64,000 bases of DNA from the NCBI GenBank assembly GCA_034440395.1, contig JAWXBW010000047.1:5567-69566 (forward strand), in the 5' to 3' direction. Each line of letters opens with the position of its first letter. Position 1 is the first letter of the stretch. Source of the stretch: Blastochloris sp. GTDB taxonomy: Bacteria > Verrucomicrobiota > Verrucomicrobiia > Methylacidiphilales > JAAUTS01. A program made the translations under genes and the position numbers. The notes beneath the pieces are model-generated. The model saw only the letters and a program-made list of their open reading frames with translations. It did no database searches and had not been told where the DNA came from. Shown here in pieces: positions 63,791 to 64,000 of the stretch.

Positions 63791-64000
63791 ATGAATAATC
63801 AGTCCCCTTCTCTTCGTGAATCCGCTACCTACAATCGTCATATCATCCATGAGATCCAGCGTGCGGCGGAAACAGGCATCTATGATATTCGTGGCTGGGG
63901 TGCCAAGCGTGCGCTACCTAATTTTGATGATCTCGTTTTTCTCGGTGCCAGTATGTCACGTTACCCGCTGGAGGGCTACCGCGAGAAATGTGCGACAGAT
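63791..64000 (+). CDS. FMN-binding glutamate-synthase-family protein (MgsC/GlxD-like), 5' part only
   Basis: Not in the track because it runs off the right edge. Hand translation from ATG 63791 gives MNNQSPSLRESATYNRHIIHEIQRAAETGIYDIRGWGAKRALPNFDDLVFLGASMSRYPLEGYREKCATD... Confidence 0.75.
   Translation, partial: MNNQSPSLRESATYNRHIIHEIQRAAETGIYDIRGWGAKRALPNFDDLVFLGASMSRYPLEGYREKCATD

Noticed and set aside
1-64000. Possibility that the in-frame TAA/TAG/TGA codons reflect stop-codon reassignment or programmed read-through.
   Set aside because: All three stop codons terminate well-conserved housekeeping genes in this same window at the expected positions (for example thyA TGA 8782-8784, nrdA TAA 51427-51429 and panD TAA 26091-26093). 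All three also occur among the interrupting codons, and frameshifts accompany them in the same islets. Pseudogenisation is the simpler explanation.
1-64000. Search for rRNA, tRNA, CRISPR arrays, transposases, integrases, and att-like direct repeats around the islets.
   Set aside because: No T-loop/acceptor-like tRNA signatures, no spaced direct-repeat arrays and no recombinase-like ORFs were found by eye. A tRNAscan/Infernal/ISfinder run would be needed to exclude them formally.

Overview
This is a 64-kb chromosomal segment from a bacterium. The gene content (mcsB-clpC, a class Ic-type ribonucleotide reductase, GHL10/DUF187, DUF5069-like, YlbF-like) suggests a PVC/Verrucomicrobiota-like organism, but that is inference only. 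I support about 60 intact protein genes, mostly housekeeping: yifB/yraN/rnhB, two cyclophilins, thyA-folA, cca, rpsU, dus, maf, an S41 protease, TolC+RND efflux, panD, an ECF sigma/anti-sigma pair, a hybrid histidine kinase, mnmA-ftsY, nusB-ribH-ribBA, ppc, mcsB-clpC, ubiE, nrdB-nrdA and selO. I saw no rRNA, tRNA, CRISPR array, transposase or integrase. Five small accessory islets sit between the housekeeping blocks (about 5.65-7.9 kb, 29.66-31.2 kb, 45.1-46.0 kb, 55.95-57.17 kb, plus the 51.5-56 kb block). In the four small islets almost every recognisable accessory gene is dead: two ParE/RelE-type toxin-antitoxin pairs, a PIN gene, two convergent nucleotidyltransferase-fold genes and one conserved hypothetical. 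They carry 7 in-frame stops, 5 frameshifts and 1 start loss, all found by hand translation. Four regions are most worth a second look. (1) At the right edge, a gamma-glutamyl-amine / N-methylglutamate-type cluster has a non-canonical enzyme set. (2) A visibly more GC-rich block encodes SelO, an atypical FAD disulfide reductase and an ADP-ribosylglycohydrolase. (3) The RNR small subunit has Glu at the first metal ligand and Leu at the tyrosyl-radical position. (4) The pseudogene pattern itself. I found no large uncharacterised multi-gene system and do not claim one.
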